Source of the DNA: an uncultured Verrucomicrobiae bacterium
GTDB lineage: Bacteria > Verrucomicrobiota > Verrucomicrobiia > Chthoniobacterales > JAFAMB01
Reading direction: 5' to 3'
Length of the DNA stretch: 64,000 bases
Assembly (NCBI GenBank): GCA_963813025.1
Contig: CAWEXO010000014.1
Span: 224,001 to 288,000 of the forward strand
Position numbers and translations under genes: made by a program. Of this stretch, positions 52,536 through 62,025 are shown one piece after another (the first letter of the stretch is position 1; every line of letters begins with the position of its first letter). The notes beneath the pieces were generated by a model. That model made no database searches, was not told the DNA's origin, and worked only from the letters and a program-made list of their open reading frames with translations.

Positions 52536-52757
52536 TTCATTACCCCTTGGGGTAAGTAAGAAATGCTCGTTTGGCTAATAGCAGGCGGCGTCTAGTTGTG
52601 AATAGACTGATAACCGACAAAGAAACCTGCTTTGTACGGTCCAGCGCCGGCGAAGTAATAACAGTAAACGGAAGAACAAGGTCACAGTCAGCGAAATATG
52701 AAAACGGTATCTGAACTTACGTGTCAGAGTATGGTTGCCATGCTACCAAGGACTAAA
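52536..52757 (+). repeat. Copy 2 of the inverted promoter/leader duplication
   Basis: Aligns with the reverse complement of 47863-48082. Confidence 0.88.
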
Positions 52758-53063
52758 CCGCCTTTCACCCGTGAGAGTGCCTTGGCCAAGATTGAGGCTG
52801 AGGAGGATGGTTGGAACAGTAGGGATCTAGACTATCGCGTGAAAAAGAGCCTCTGGTGCTACACCGAGAACCAGATTGGCGTTTCCTTCGAGTATCAATG
52901 GGATGATGAATCGGGACAGCGGTACAGATCTTCCGGAAACGAATTTTGGGAGTTTGACGCTGACGGACGGAGGCGGCAGCGAATCGTCAGGATTTATGAC
53001 GTTCCAATCAAAGAAGCCCACTGGAAGCGAAGCGGCGAAAGCTTTCCGCTGAAAAATCCGTAG
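52698..53063 (+). CDS. DUF1348 (NTF2-like) protein with an apparent in-frame internal deletion
   Basis: PPFTRESA..K...EDGWNSRD is joined directly to LDYR.KK.LW; RS.GNE.WEFD motif present. Confidence 0.75.
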   Translation: MKTVSELTCQSMVAMLPRTKPPFTRESALAKIEAEEDGWNSRDLDYRVKKSLWCYTENQIGVSFEYQWDDESGQRYRSSGNEFWEFDADGRRRQRIVRIYDVPIKEAHWKRSGESFPLKNP

Positions 53064-53070
53064 AACTGTC

Positions 53071-54648
53071 ATGATCCAAAGGCGGCCGTTCTCACCCAAC
53101 CGCTTGACGGTTTCCCTTTGCGCTCTGGCGTTCGTGAATCTTGCTTGGTTTACCGGTGTCGTCGCCGCAGTCCCAGTGTTGTCTTCGGCCCATCTAGGTG
53201 AGCGCACCGCGGTGCCCGAGAGAAAGCTCCTGCAAGGTGGCTGGCATCCGTGGGATCCGTACCAGTACAGCGAGTCCCGGCGTGGCGTTCAGATTCTGAC
53301 CGGCTTCGATGTGGAGATCGAACGCGCTGTTGCGCGGGCTATGGGCGCTGACCTGATCCTCAGCGACATACCCTGGGACCAGCATCTGGCTGCGCTCGAG
53401 GCTGGAACCGTCGACATTGCGGCGGGTGCTACCTACAGTCCCCGACGCGATCGCTATGCGTACTTCTCCGTACCCTATCGACACGAGACCGATGTGCTAA
53501 TCCTGCGGAAGGGCGCCAGCTCTCGATATTCATTTCAAACGATCGAGCAAATGCTCGGCCTATTCGCTCAGCAGCGCTTTCGGCTCGGTGTGCTCGCCGG
53601 GTACGTCTACGCCGACGAGCGGGTCAACGAGTTTGTTGCCGATCTGACGAATCGCGACCTGGTCGTCAAGGTCGCCGACGACCATCAAAATCTGCAAAAT
53701 CTTCTCGATGGGAAGATTGATGGCTTCATCGCTGATCGTATCGTCGCCGCCACTACAGCTTGGCGTCACCAAAAGAGCGGTTTGATAGAAGAACATCCAT
53801 TTCGCTTCTCTACCGATATCCACTTCATGCTCAGCCGTGCATCCCAGAACACGGCCACGCTGGCCCGTCTTAACTCCGCCATCGATCAAATAAAACGGAA
53901 CGGCGAATTCCAGCGCATTGCTGATGCCTATGCCTTACCGATCCTGATCCACCAGACCTTGGACAGTGGTTGGTTTCAGATCCTCGAAATCCTCGGCACG
54001 ATTTCCTTCGCCCTCTCTGGCGTGGTGCTCGCCTATGCCGGACGTTGTACGCTGTTTGGGGCGGTGGTCCTCGCCAGTCTTCCTGCAGTCGGCGGTGGCG
54101 TGGTTCGCGATCTCCTGCTGAACCGCGATCCGCTGGGAATTGTTCGCGATCCGCTGATCCTGCTGGCGATATTCGGCACGGTCATAGCAGGGATGCTGGT
54201 CATCAAGATCATGTCTCTGGCTGGCACGAAGCGCTTCGCCCAATCTTTGGAGTCGCGCGGGCATCTGGGAACGCACCTCATCAAAGTGTTCGACGCCTTG
54301 GGTCTTGCCGCCTTTCTTGTCGTCGGAGTGGTCGTGGTCTTCGACACATCTGCGCAGCCGCTCTGGTTGTGGGGGGCTATTTCCGCCGGGATAACCACCT
54401 CGTTCGGCGGCCTGATGCGCGACTTGTTTCGACACGACCATCTGATTCCGAGTCTCCAGGGGGAACTCTACCCGGAGATAGCGGTCATCTGGGGTCTCGC
54501 CCTGTCGCTGTTTTTACAGTGGGAATCCGAGCGCCTGCAGCCGGAAGAGATTTTGTTCGGCGTCGCCATCACCATCCTCGGAGCATTCTCTACCCGTATG
54601 CTGGCGATCATTTATCACCTGAAGGGGTGGTCCTACGTGCCTAGATGA
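53071..54648 (+). CDS. Fusion of amino-acid-binding domain (SBP_bac_3) and TRIC/UPF0126 membrane domain
   Basis: W.PY, GFDVEI, G.VDI and FS.PY, then GTISFALSG, AVGGGVVRDLL, DALGLAAF, FGGLMRD and GELY. Confidence 0.85.
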   Translation: MIQRRPFSPNRLTVSLCALAFVNLAWFTGVVAAVPVLSSAHLGERTAVPERKLLQGGWHPWDPYQYSESRRGVQILTGFDVEIERAVARAMGADLILSDIPWDQHLAALEAGTVDIAAGATYSPRRDRYAYFSVPYRHETDVLILRKGASSRYSFQTIEQMLGLFAQQRFRLGVLAGYVYADERVNEFVADLTNRDLVVKVADDHQNLQNLLDGKIDGFIADRIVAATTAWRHQKSGLIEEHPFRFSTDIHFMLSRASQNTATLARLNSAIDQIKRNGEFQRIADAYALPILIHQTLDSGWFQILEILGTISFALSGVVLAYAGRCTLFGAVVLASLPAVGGGVVRDLLLNRDPLGIVRDPLILLAIFGTVIAGMLVIKIMSLAGTKRFAQSLESRGHLGTHLIKVFDALGLAAFLVVGVVVVFDTSAQPLWLWGAISAGITTSFGGLMRDLFRHDHLIPSLQGELYPEIAVIWGLALSLFLQWESERLQPEEILFGVAITILGAFSTRMLAIIYHLKGWSYVPR

Positions 54649-54789
54649 GGAACTAGTCAGGTTAGCTGGTGCCGCCATCGGGCACGAAGGCGGACAGGCT
54701 TGGGTTTGTTGGACTATAGCTAGACGTGCAAAGATCCGGGAGAACTGCGCGAAGCGCAGCCAAGCAAAAGCGAGTCCGGTCGGCAGCCC

Positions 54790-55710
54790 TCATCGACGAG
54801 ATCGGGCGACAGTCACCGCGAGAATTATAATAACTCCACGGGCGATCAGCTGCTGGCTGAACTCCAGACCCATCAGAATGAGACCATTGTTAATCAATCC
54901 GATCATGAGCGCGCCGACGATAGACCCGATAACCGACCTGAAGCCGCCGAACAAACTTGTGCCTCCGAGGACGGCCGCAGCAATGACTGACAGCTCGTCA
55001 CCTTCCCCCAGCTGGAAACGTCCCGATCGAAGACGGCCGGCATAAAGCATCCCGGCAATCGCTGCCGCGACGCTGGAGAGAATCAGCGCCTGCATTTTTA
55101 TCACGTGTTTTGATGCCGGTAAATCTGGCTGCAGTTTCACTGCCACCAGTCGCCAGTACCTTCCGCCCGAAGGTAGTTTTGCGAAGCACGATGTGGCCAA
55201 TAATAGCGATAACCAACGCCCACACCAACAAAACGGGCACCGGCCCGAGATTGCCGGATCCGAAGCTGAAATAGTAGGTTCGGTCCAGAATCGGAATAGC
55301 AGCGGTGGTGCTGATCCACATGGCTGTTCCACGGGCGATGCCCATCATCGCGAGGGTCACCAAAAACGACGGGATACCAACCCTCGTGGTCAAAAGTCCA
55401 TTAATTGAACCGACAACCAAGCCCGTCAGAAGCCCGCCAACAATTCCACCGATGAGACCGAACCTTGCCAGCGACATCGCGGTGGTGACCGAGACCAAGC
55501 CGGCCACTGCGCCAATAGCCAAATCGATCTCACCGGCAGACAAGACAAACGTCATCGCCACGGCCATGATTGCGATCATGGCCGTCTGGCGGACGATGTT
55601 CAGCAAGTTAGTCGGATCAAGAAATCCTTTGTCGGACAGGGTTACGGCAAAAAAGATAAAAATTATGATGAACCCCGCATAGATGACGTATTGACGCCAG
55701 TCATCCAGCG
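54790..55710 (-). pseudogene. Monosaccharide ABC permease, frameshifted, 5' end missing
   Basis: GEIDLAIG, PSFLVTL and ELSVIAAAVLGGTSL; frameshift near 55100. Confidence 0.82.
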
Positions 55711-56150
55711 CACCGATGGTCGGGCGGGGAACACAGCGAGGCTGTTCTCAGAATACGGTGTTCCGTTGGTGCTCATCGATCGTATGGTTCCCGGTCTGCC
55801 TGCACCCACTGTTGCCGCCGACAACGTCGCTGGAGCGTTCGAGGCCACGAAATACCTGCTTTATCTGGGGCATACCCGTATTGGATAATCGTGGGTCGCA
55901 AAGCGTTAGGCTCGATGACCGCGCGGGTGGAAGGATATCGCCGCGCCCTGTCGGCGGGCGGCGCGCTTCTCGACGAAGCCCTCATTGTTGATGCTATTGA
56001 TGTGGGAGTCCAGGGCGGTGCGTATGGAACCGAACAGCTCCTAAACCTGGCCAACCCGCCCACAGCCATCATTGCAATGAACAATCTCCTGGTGCTCGGC
56101 GCACTGAACGCGATCCGAGAAAAAGGACTGCAAATCCCATCCGATATTTC
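55711..56150 (+). pseudogene. LacI-family regulator internal fragment
   Basis: PLVLIDR, DNVAGA..AT.YL..LGHTRIG, R..GY and PTAII..N, with no HTH and a truncated C-terminus. Confidence 0.8.
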
Positions 56151-56290
56151 GAGCAAAGGCCTTTGGCGGCGGCGTCCGGGGCGACACTCCTACTCGCCGT
56201 AGGGAACCCAGACGTTTTTGATTTGGGTGGCGTGTCGGAGATATGCTTTCCATCCTGCCGGTTCTTCGGTGTGCTTATGGTGCCGATTCT

Positions 56291-56506
56291 TTAACTATGC
56301 CACCAATGCGCCAACAATTGGTAAACGATGATCGAAACGACCGTTATTATCAAAAGTAGTTTGAACGTGGACTTCCGGCGAGGCAAAGGCTTTACTGCTG
56401 CTTGCTGTTGTGGCAATGGCGGCGGTTGCGGCGACGTTGGCTGAAGGTCTTCCGGCGTCAGGGTCAATTCCTTGGGTGCTTCTAAATCTTCCCGCTTCAA
56501 CTCCAA
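56291..56506 (-). CDS. Small hypothetical protein with a C-terminal TM helix
   Basis: Pro-rich linker followed by LLLIITVVSIIVYQLL. Confidence 0.5.
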   Translation of the reverse strand: MELKREDLEAPKELTLTPEDLQPTSPQPPPLPQQQAAVKPLPRRKSTFKLLLIITVVSIIVYQLLAHWWHS

Positions 56507-56586
56507 TGCCGGCTGGTCCTGGTCGATTGTTTCAGGTGTCCATCCCGAGTCTACCAGGTGCTTTGCCAGCTTTATCCACTTACAAA

Positions 56587-57024
56587 TTACGTTCGCCTCC
56601 GCTTTGGAGTAATAGCTCGGTCAGTAATTCCCGCCTCTGTTCGGGCACTCAATTTACGCCAAATTCGCGTTTCATAGGGCGTCAACAGGGAAACTGCTTT
56701 CTGCCCAATTTCGTCGGTAATCTTACTCTGATAGTATCGCTGCTCTTTGTCGTTCCGGAACACCGGCTCCCGTAGATGCTGCAGCCGGCCACTGGGCCGA
56801 TCACTATTGGTTTCCCGGGTTCGGCCGGACCTTTTGCTCCAGGGATGGTGTTCGGAAAAGCTTATTCCTGTCCCGGGCAAACCGACCGTTTGTTTGACTC
56901 CGCGCTTGCCGATGTTCACCGAGTTCCCCCGGCCGCCGACCGAGAAACTAACGCCACTTTTGCTGAAGTTCAGAGCGAGTCCGGGAACGAGCTTGACTCT
57001 CCTTCGGAATCGTAAATTGAACAT
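56587..57024 (-). CDS. DUF4236 domain protein
   Basis: LRFRRRVKLVPGL.LNFSKSGVS.SVG..G......G...TVGLPGTGIS. Confidence 0.85.
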   Translation of the reverse strand: MFNLRFRRRVKLVPGLALNFSKSGVSFSVGGRGNSVNIGKRGVKQTVGLPGTGISFSEHHPWSKRSGRTRETNSDRPSGRLQHLREPVFRNDKEQRYYQSKITDEIGQKAVSLLTPYETRIWRKLSARTEAGITDRAITPKRRRT

Positions 57025-57140
57025 GTTTCGCTCCGTACCTTTTCACCAGTGCATTTCCGCCGTTTCGAGATTCCTCGTTAGTCATTTACAACAGATCAGG
57101 AGATAATTCGAACGTGTAATTCGGCATACGGCCCATGGCC

Positions 57141-57220
57141 GGATGACCAATGACCGATGAATGATGACCGATGACCGCTGTTCAAATCCTCGGACTCCTG
57201 AACTCCTGCAACTCCTGGCC
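57141..57220 (-). repeat. Composite short-unit repeat (CAGGAGTT-like + GTCATCG-like), family C copy 1
   Basis: Reverse complement ccaggagttgcaggagttcaggagtccgaggatttgaacagcggtcatcggtcatc matches about 59370-59440. Confidence 0.75.
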
Positions 57221-57311
57221 CCTTGCCGTCCCGACAAGCTAGGAAGCTCCCCAGTTCCAGGCAGCCATTTCCAATTTATTCTTGACGGTAAGGGCAAAGT
57301 AATTAGAGCTT

Positions 57312-57325
57312 CGTGAACGTTCACG
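57312..57325. promoter_or_regulatory. LacI-type operator upstream of the sugar ABC operon
   Basis: Perfect palindrome CGTGAACGTTCACG downstream of TTGACG (57282). Confidence 0.7.
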
Positions 57326-57452
57326 TTTCTCGGCCCCGATTACCCCCTACTGCGTCTTGCGAAATGAAAAGAATGGCCCACGTGTTTGCCGCAGGCATGC
57401 TCATGCTCGGCGGTCTTGAAAGAGAGTTCGCCGCCATGTTGAGAGGCACTCG

Positions 57453-58253
57453 GTGGTGAAAAATCCGGTGCCAGGGCCGGGCGCGCAGCACGCGCTGCGG
57501 ATGGTCAACATCGAAAAGTATTTTGGCCCGGTGCGGGCGCTCAGCAACATCAACTTGGAGGTTGGTCGCAATGAGATCGTCGGGTTGATCGGTGACAACG
57601 GAGCCGGGAAGTCGACGATCGTGAAAATCCTCACGGGCGTGTTTCCCCCGACCAGCGGCGAATTATACGTGGCGGGCCGCAAAATCGACTTCCGCCGCTA
57701 TAACGTCCAAAGTGCCCACGCTCACGGCATCGAAACCGTGTACCAGGATAAGTCGCTTGGCGAAAAGCAGGTCCTTTGGCGGAACTTCTTTATCGGACGG
57801 CAGATTGTGAACCGCTTTGGCTTCATCGACGTGAAAAAGGAAAAAGCCATCGCCAGGGAAATCATGGTCAACACCATTGGATTCCGCAGCAAGGGCATCA
57901 CGGTTGATTCCAACGTGAGCGATCTCTCCGGTGGTGAGCGTCAGGGGATCGCCATCGGACGAGCCATGCATTTCGAGGCCGACCTCATCATTCTTGATGA
58001 GCCAACCGTTGCTTTGTCTCTCAAAGAAGTGGCAAAGGTAATTAACTTTGTCCACAGGATTAAGGAAGGCGGCAAGGCGAGCATTTATATTTCCCACAGC
58101 ATTCCGGACGTGTACGAGGTCTGCGACCGCTTCATCGTCCTGGATCGCGGTGAGATCGGCGCAAGCATTCCAAAGAAGGATATTAGTTTGAAAGGTTTGG
58201 ACGCGTTTCTGCTCGAGTACGCGCACGGCCGGAAAGACAAGGCACAAGCATGA
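57453..58253 (+). CDS. Sugar ABC ATPase (single domain)
   Basis: [16 protein letters not shown] and LDEPT motifs. Confidence 0.93.
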   Translation: MVKNPVPGPGAQHALRMVNIEKYFGPVRALSNINLEVGRNEIVGLIGDNGAGKSTIVKILTGVFPPTSGELYVAGRKIDFRRYNVQSAHAHGIETVYQDKSLGEKQVLWRNFFIGRQIVNRFGFIDVKKEKAIAREIMVNTIGFRSKGITVDSNVSDLSGGERQGIAIGRAMHFEADLIILDEPTVALSLKEVAKVINFVHRIKEGGKASIYISHSIPDVYEVCDRFIVLDRGEIGASIPKKDISLKGLDAFLLEYAHGRKDKAQA

Positions 58254-59320
58254 ATTTCCTTCGGTCACTCTTTCGGTTTCTGCGCCGGTTGGAAGGTTTC
58301 CCGATCGCGATGGTGCTGTTGGTCCTCTACATCGCGTTGATCATCGCCGCTCCCAGCGTTTTCACCCACCCGCTGATCTATCTGTCTTTTCTGGAAACAG
58401 TTCCACCGACGCTCATTGCGGCGTTGGGTCTTACCCTGGTTATCACCGCCGGCGAGATCGACTTGAGTTTTCCCGCCGTTGTTTCGCTATCTGGCTTTGC
58501 CCTTTCCTGGGGCTGGAAAACCTTTGACCCGGCTTACGGCGCCTGGATTGGCGTCGGGCTGGCCCTGGCGGCCGGCGCTCTGGTTGGCTACATCAATGGC
58601 GTGATGGTCGCACGAATCGGCGTTCCATCGATTATGGCAACCCTTGCCACAAATTTTTTCTGGTACGGCATCTCGATTCTGCTAGCGGGCGGACTGCAGG
58701 TGGCCCTCAAAGGAAGCCAGGAGAATTTCGTTCACCAGCTTTTTGTCGGACGGCTGTTTGGCAACGTGCCTGCTCAGGCATTCTGGGGGTTGGGGTTGGC
58801 TGTGCTGCTATGGTTCATCTTGAACCGGCATAAGTTCGGCGAGGGTATCATGTTTATCGGCGACAATGCCAACGTCGCGCGGGTGATGGGGGTCAACGTC
58901 GAAGCGACCCGCATCAGGCTGTTCGCTTTGCACGGCATGATCGCGGCTTTTTCCGGAATCATCGTCACCCTGGATATTGGCGTGTTCTACCCGGATCAAG
59001 GCAACTTTCTCCTGGCCGCCATGGCGTCAGTGTTTGTTGGCGGCACCTCAATTGCCGGGGGCGCAGGTTCCATCTTCGGGACCTTTTTCGGAGCTTATAT
59101 CATTGGTTCGCTGGCCGCCGGCGTGGTGGCGACAACGATCAGCGGCTATTGGGTCCAAGTGGTGGAAGGCCTTGTCATGGCTGCGGTCATCGTGCTCAAC
59201 GCGGCAACGGGCAAAGGCAAACTCTCTGCGCTTTCGAATCGTTTCCGTCATTGGCGAGGGCCAATTGCCTCGGACCGCGCTCAGGAACTTTTGCCGAAGA
59301 ACGACCCGACGCCGAACTGA
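58250..59320 (+). CDS. Monosaccharide ABC permease
   Basis: GEIDLS, PSIMATL and SVFVGGTS motifs. Confidence 0.92.
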   Translation: MNFLRSLFRFLRRLEGFPIAMVLLVLYIALIIAAPSVFTHPLIYLSFLETVPPTLIAALGLTLVITAGEIDLSFPAVVSLSGFALSWGWKTFDPAYGAWIGVGLALAAGALVGYINGVMVARIGVPSIMATLATNFFWYGISILLAGGLQVALKGSQENFVHQLFVGRLFGNVPAQAFWGLGLAVLLWFILNRHKFGEGIMFIGDNANVARVMGVNVEATRIRLFALHGMIAAFSGIIVTLDIGVFYPDQGNFLLAAMASVFVGGTSIAGGAGSIFGTFFGAYIIGSLAAGVVATTISGYWVQVVEGLVMAAVIVLNAATGKGKLSALSNRFRHWRGPIASDRAQELLPKNDPTPN

Positions 59321-59325
59321 TGAAA

Positions 59326-59440
59326 GGGAGTCGCAGGAGTTCACGAGTCCAGGAGTCGCCGGAGTTCAGGAGTCCAGGAGTTGCAGGAGTCCGGGGATTT
59401 CGACAGCGCCCATCAGCATCAGTCGTCGGTCATCGGTCAA
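59326..59440 (+). repeat. Family C composite repeat copy 2 (intra-operon)
   Basis: About 7 aggagt(t/c) units followed by catcagcatcagtcgtcggtcatcggtca. Confidence 0.75.
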
Positions 59441-59504
59441 AAGAGAGGTTTTACTCTGAGTCAGTTCTCCCATCAGCAACATCACTAAAGAAAGAAAACA
59501 GAAA

Positions 59505-60503
59505 ATGAAATGTAGCTCTACCGTTACGGCGCTCGCAGGAGCAGCCGCTTTCGTCCTGGCCCTGGCCCCGGCGAAATCCGCCGACGCCCAAGGCAAGCCG
59601 ATTGTCGTCTATATGCAAATGGGCGGCGACAAGGGTATGGCCTCGGTATTGGCCCGCACCACTGGTGCAGAAGCCGCCGCCAAGGCCCTTGGCGTTGAAC
59701 TCCATGAGCAGTACGCAAGCTGGGACACCAAGAAGATGATCGACCAGTTCAAAGAAGCGATTGCCGCCAAGCCTGACGGCATCGCCATTATGGGCCACCC
59801 CGGTGAGGACGCCATGGCGCCGCTGGTTGATCAAGCAATCGCGGCCGGCACCATCATCACCAGCGGCAACAACCCTCTGCCCAACCTCGAAGCCAAGTAC
59901 AAGGAGAAGGGTTTTGGCTATGCCGGTGCTGACCTGTATAAGGGTGGTTACCTGACTGGACAGGCGATGGTCGCGAGTGGGAAGCTCAAGGCCGGTGACA
60001 AGGCCCTTGTGTGGGACATCTGGCATCAGGAAGGCCGCAGCAAGAGTCCTCAAGGAATGTTTGATGCCCTGGAGAAGACTCTCGGGAAGGGCAATGTTGA
60101 CAAGCTCGATGTAACTCAGGATGTCGACTCTGATCCGACCAAGGGTATCCCGATCATGACGGCCTATCTGGCGGCCCATCCTGATCTCAAGGCCATCGGA
60201 ACGCAACACGGTCAGATCACGGCCATCTTGCCCAAGATCCTCAAGGACGCTGGCAAGAAACCCGGTGACGTCGTGGTCGGAGGTATTGACCTCGGCCCGG
60301 ACGTCATCGCCGGAATTCGGGCTGGCTACGTCGTGGCAAGCTTTGACCAGCTTTTGTACCTTCAGGGCTGGTACCCAGTACAACAAATCTGGTTGACCAA
60401 GAATTACCTCGTCCCCGGTTTGCACAACGACACGGGTGTCGGCGAAGTCACGCCGGCTAACGTCGATGTCATTGCCCCCCTGATCGAAAAAGGCTTCCGT
60501 TAA
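59505..60503 (+). CDS. Monosaccharide ABC substrate-binding protein
   Basis: Signal peptide; AIAAKPDGI and DQ..YLQG motifs. Confidence 0.9.
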   Translation: MKCSSTVTALAGAAAFVLALAPAKSADAQGKPIVVYMQMGGDKGMASVLARTTGAEAAAKALGVELHEQYASWDTKKMIDQFKEAIAAKPDGIAIMGHPGEDAMAPLVDQAIAAGTIITSGNNPLPNLEAKYKEKGFGYAGADLYKGGYLTGQAMVASGKLKAGDKALVWDIWHQEGRSKSPQGMFDALEKTLGKGNVDKLDVTQDVDSDPTKGIPIMTAYLAAHPDLKAIGTQHGQITAILPKILKDAGKKPGDVVVGGIDLGPDVIAGIRAGYVVASFDQLLYLQGWYPVQQIWLTKNYLVPGLHNDTGVGEVTPANVDVIAPLIEKGFR

Positions 60504-60626
60504 TCAACGGATTCATTTTCGCCGGTAAAGATCGATCCGAGATAGGAAGGAGAAGGCAGATACGGGAATGGTCTTCGGACGGCGCTGCAAATCTCGAGCT
60601 TTGAGAAATGTAATTTGATTTCGCCC

Positions 60627-60797
60627 TCACGCCTCGTGTTTGCCGCCTTCGTCCCGGCGTCGATGGAACGCCGGAGGGTCGCTCGCCGGAAACGTTTCCT
60701 CGAGCGCTTCATCTATTTGATCGTTATCCGGTTCCTCGTTATCCGAGTCTGGTATTGGCTCGCTCTTCCCTTTCTTATCTTCCTCTGGGTAGGGCAT
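60627..60797 (-). CDS. Small acidic protein with a DEALEETFPASDPP motif (56 aa, absent from ORF track)
   Basis: MPYPEEDKKGKSEPIPDSDNEEPDNDQIDEALEETFPASDPPAFHRRRDEGGKHEA. Confidence 0.8.
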   Translation of the reverse strand: MPYPEEDKKGKSEPIPDSDNEEPDNDQIDEALEETFPASDPPAFHRRRDEGGKHEA

Positions 60798-61085
60798 GAT
60801 GTTTCCTTGTTTTTATTCTGACAATCGATCAAAACGCCTGGAGCGGACGGGCCCGCCGTCTGGAAATAAATCACGGTTTTCACCCTTTTCATCGATTAGT
60901 TGGAGGGGGTTCCGAAGGAGGGAAAACCCGCGACTAAAGACTACGTTGGCAACAACCATCGCCTCCACTCCATTGTACAGAGGCACCTGACAGAACGGTA
61001 AACGACGCGACCAACCGTCGATATCCGGTATCGGATATCGCGTTGGATGTTGAAGATTCGCTTTGGTGAGTCGAATATCCGTTCG

Positions 61086-62012
61086 ATGGCGGCCAAATCG
61101 AAAGTCATAGTCGAGGTGGGAGGCCGCACCCTGGAGCTTTCCAACCTTGATAAGGTTCTTTATCCGCAGACAGGGTTTACCAAAGGCCAGGTTATCGAAT
61201 ACTATACGCGGATCGCGCCGGTACTTTTACCGCACCTGTCCCGACGTCCGATTAGTTTGAAGCGGTACCCGGAGGGAGTGGACGAATTTTTCTTCTATGA
61301 AAAACAGTGTCCATCGCATCGCCCGGGGTGGCTGCAGACAGCGACGGTGACCAGTCAAAGACGAGAAGGCAAAATCGATTACTGCGTTCTGGACGATCTG
61401 CCGTCCCTGGTCTGGGCGGCGAACCTGGCCGACCTTGAGCTTCACACTTTTCTGCATCGTGCTCCGGCGGTCGAGAAACCGACCATGCTTGCATTCGACC
61501 TGGATCCGGGGCCGCCGGCTAACCTCATTAATTGTTGCCGAGTCGGGCTCTGGGTAAGAGATATGCTGAAAGAGGTTGGACTCGAGTCTTTTGCCAAGAC
61601 ATCCGGCTCGAAAGGGCTCCAGGTCTACGTTCCGTTGAACACCGCGACGACTTATGATCGAACGAAGGAGTTTGCCCACGAACTCGCATTGCGCCTGGAA
61701 CGGGAACATCCTGATCAAGTTGTCTCGAAAATGGCCAAGAATTTGCGTCGCGGAAAGGTCTTCGTGGATTGGAGCCAGAACGATGACCACAAAACGACTA
61801 TTTGTGTCTATTCTCTGAGGGCGAAGACCGTTCCGTCTGTATCGACTCCGCTGAGGTGGGCCGAGGTGGAATCGGGTAGTTCGGCGCGGGGTAAACGCGT
61901 CCTGCAATTTGGGCCGGACGAAGCGCTTCGACGCGTGGAAAAATACGGAGATCTTTTCGCGCCAGTGTTGAAACTAAAACAAAAACTACCAGGAGCGGCG
62001 ATCAAAGTTTAA
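61086..62012 (+). CDS. Stand-alone LigD-type primase-polymerase (Pol) domain
   Basis: SNLDKVLYP, RYPEG, FDLDPG, KTSGSKGLQV and DWSQN motifs. Confidence 0.92.
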   Translation: MAAKSKVIVEVGGRTLELSNLDKVLYPQTGFTKGQVIEYYTRIAPVLLPHLSRRPISLKRYPEGVDEFFFYEKQCPSHRPGWLQTATVTSQRREGKIDYCVLDDLPSLVWAANLADLELHTFLHRAPAVEKPTMLAFDLDPGPPANLINCCRVGLWVRDMLKEVGLESFAKTSGSKGLQVYVPLNTATTYDRTKEFAHELALRLEREHPDQVVSKMAKNLRRGKVFVDWSQNDDHKTTICVYSLRAKTVPSVSTPLRWAEVESGSSARGKRVLQFGPDEALRRVEKYGDLFAPVLKLKQKLPGAAIKV

Positions 62013-62025
62013 TGAGAATACTTCT

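Noticed and set aside
60527..60540. AAGATCGATC resembling the 27149 operator
   Set aside because: Imperfect palindrome located downstream of a gene end, not in a promoter
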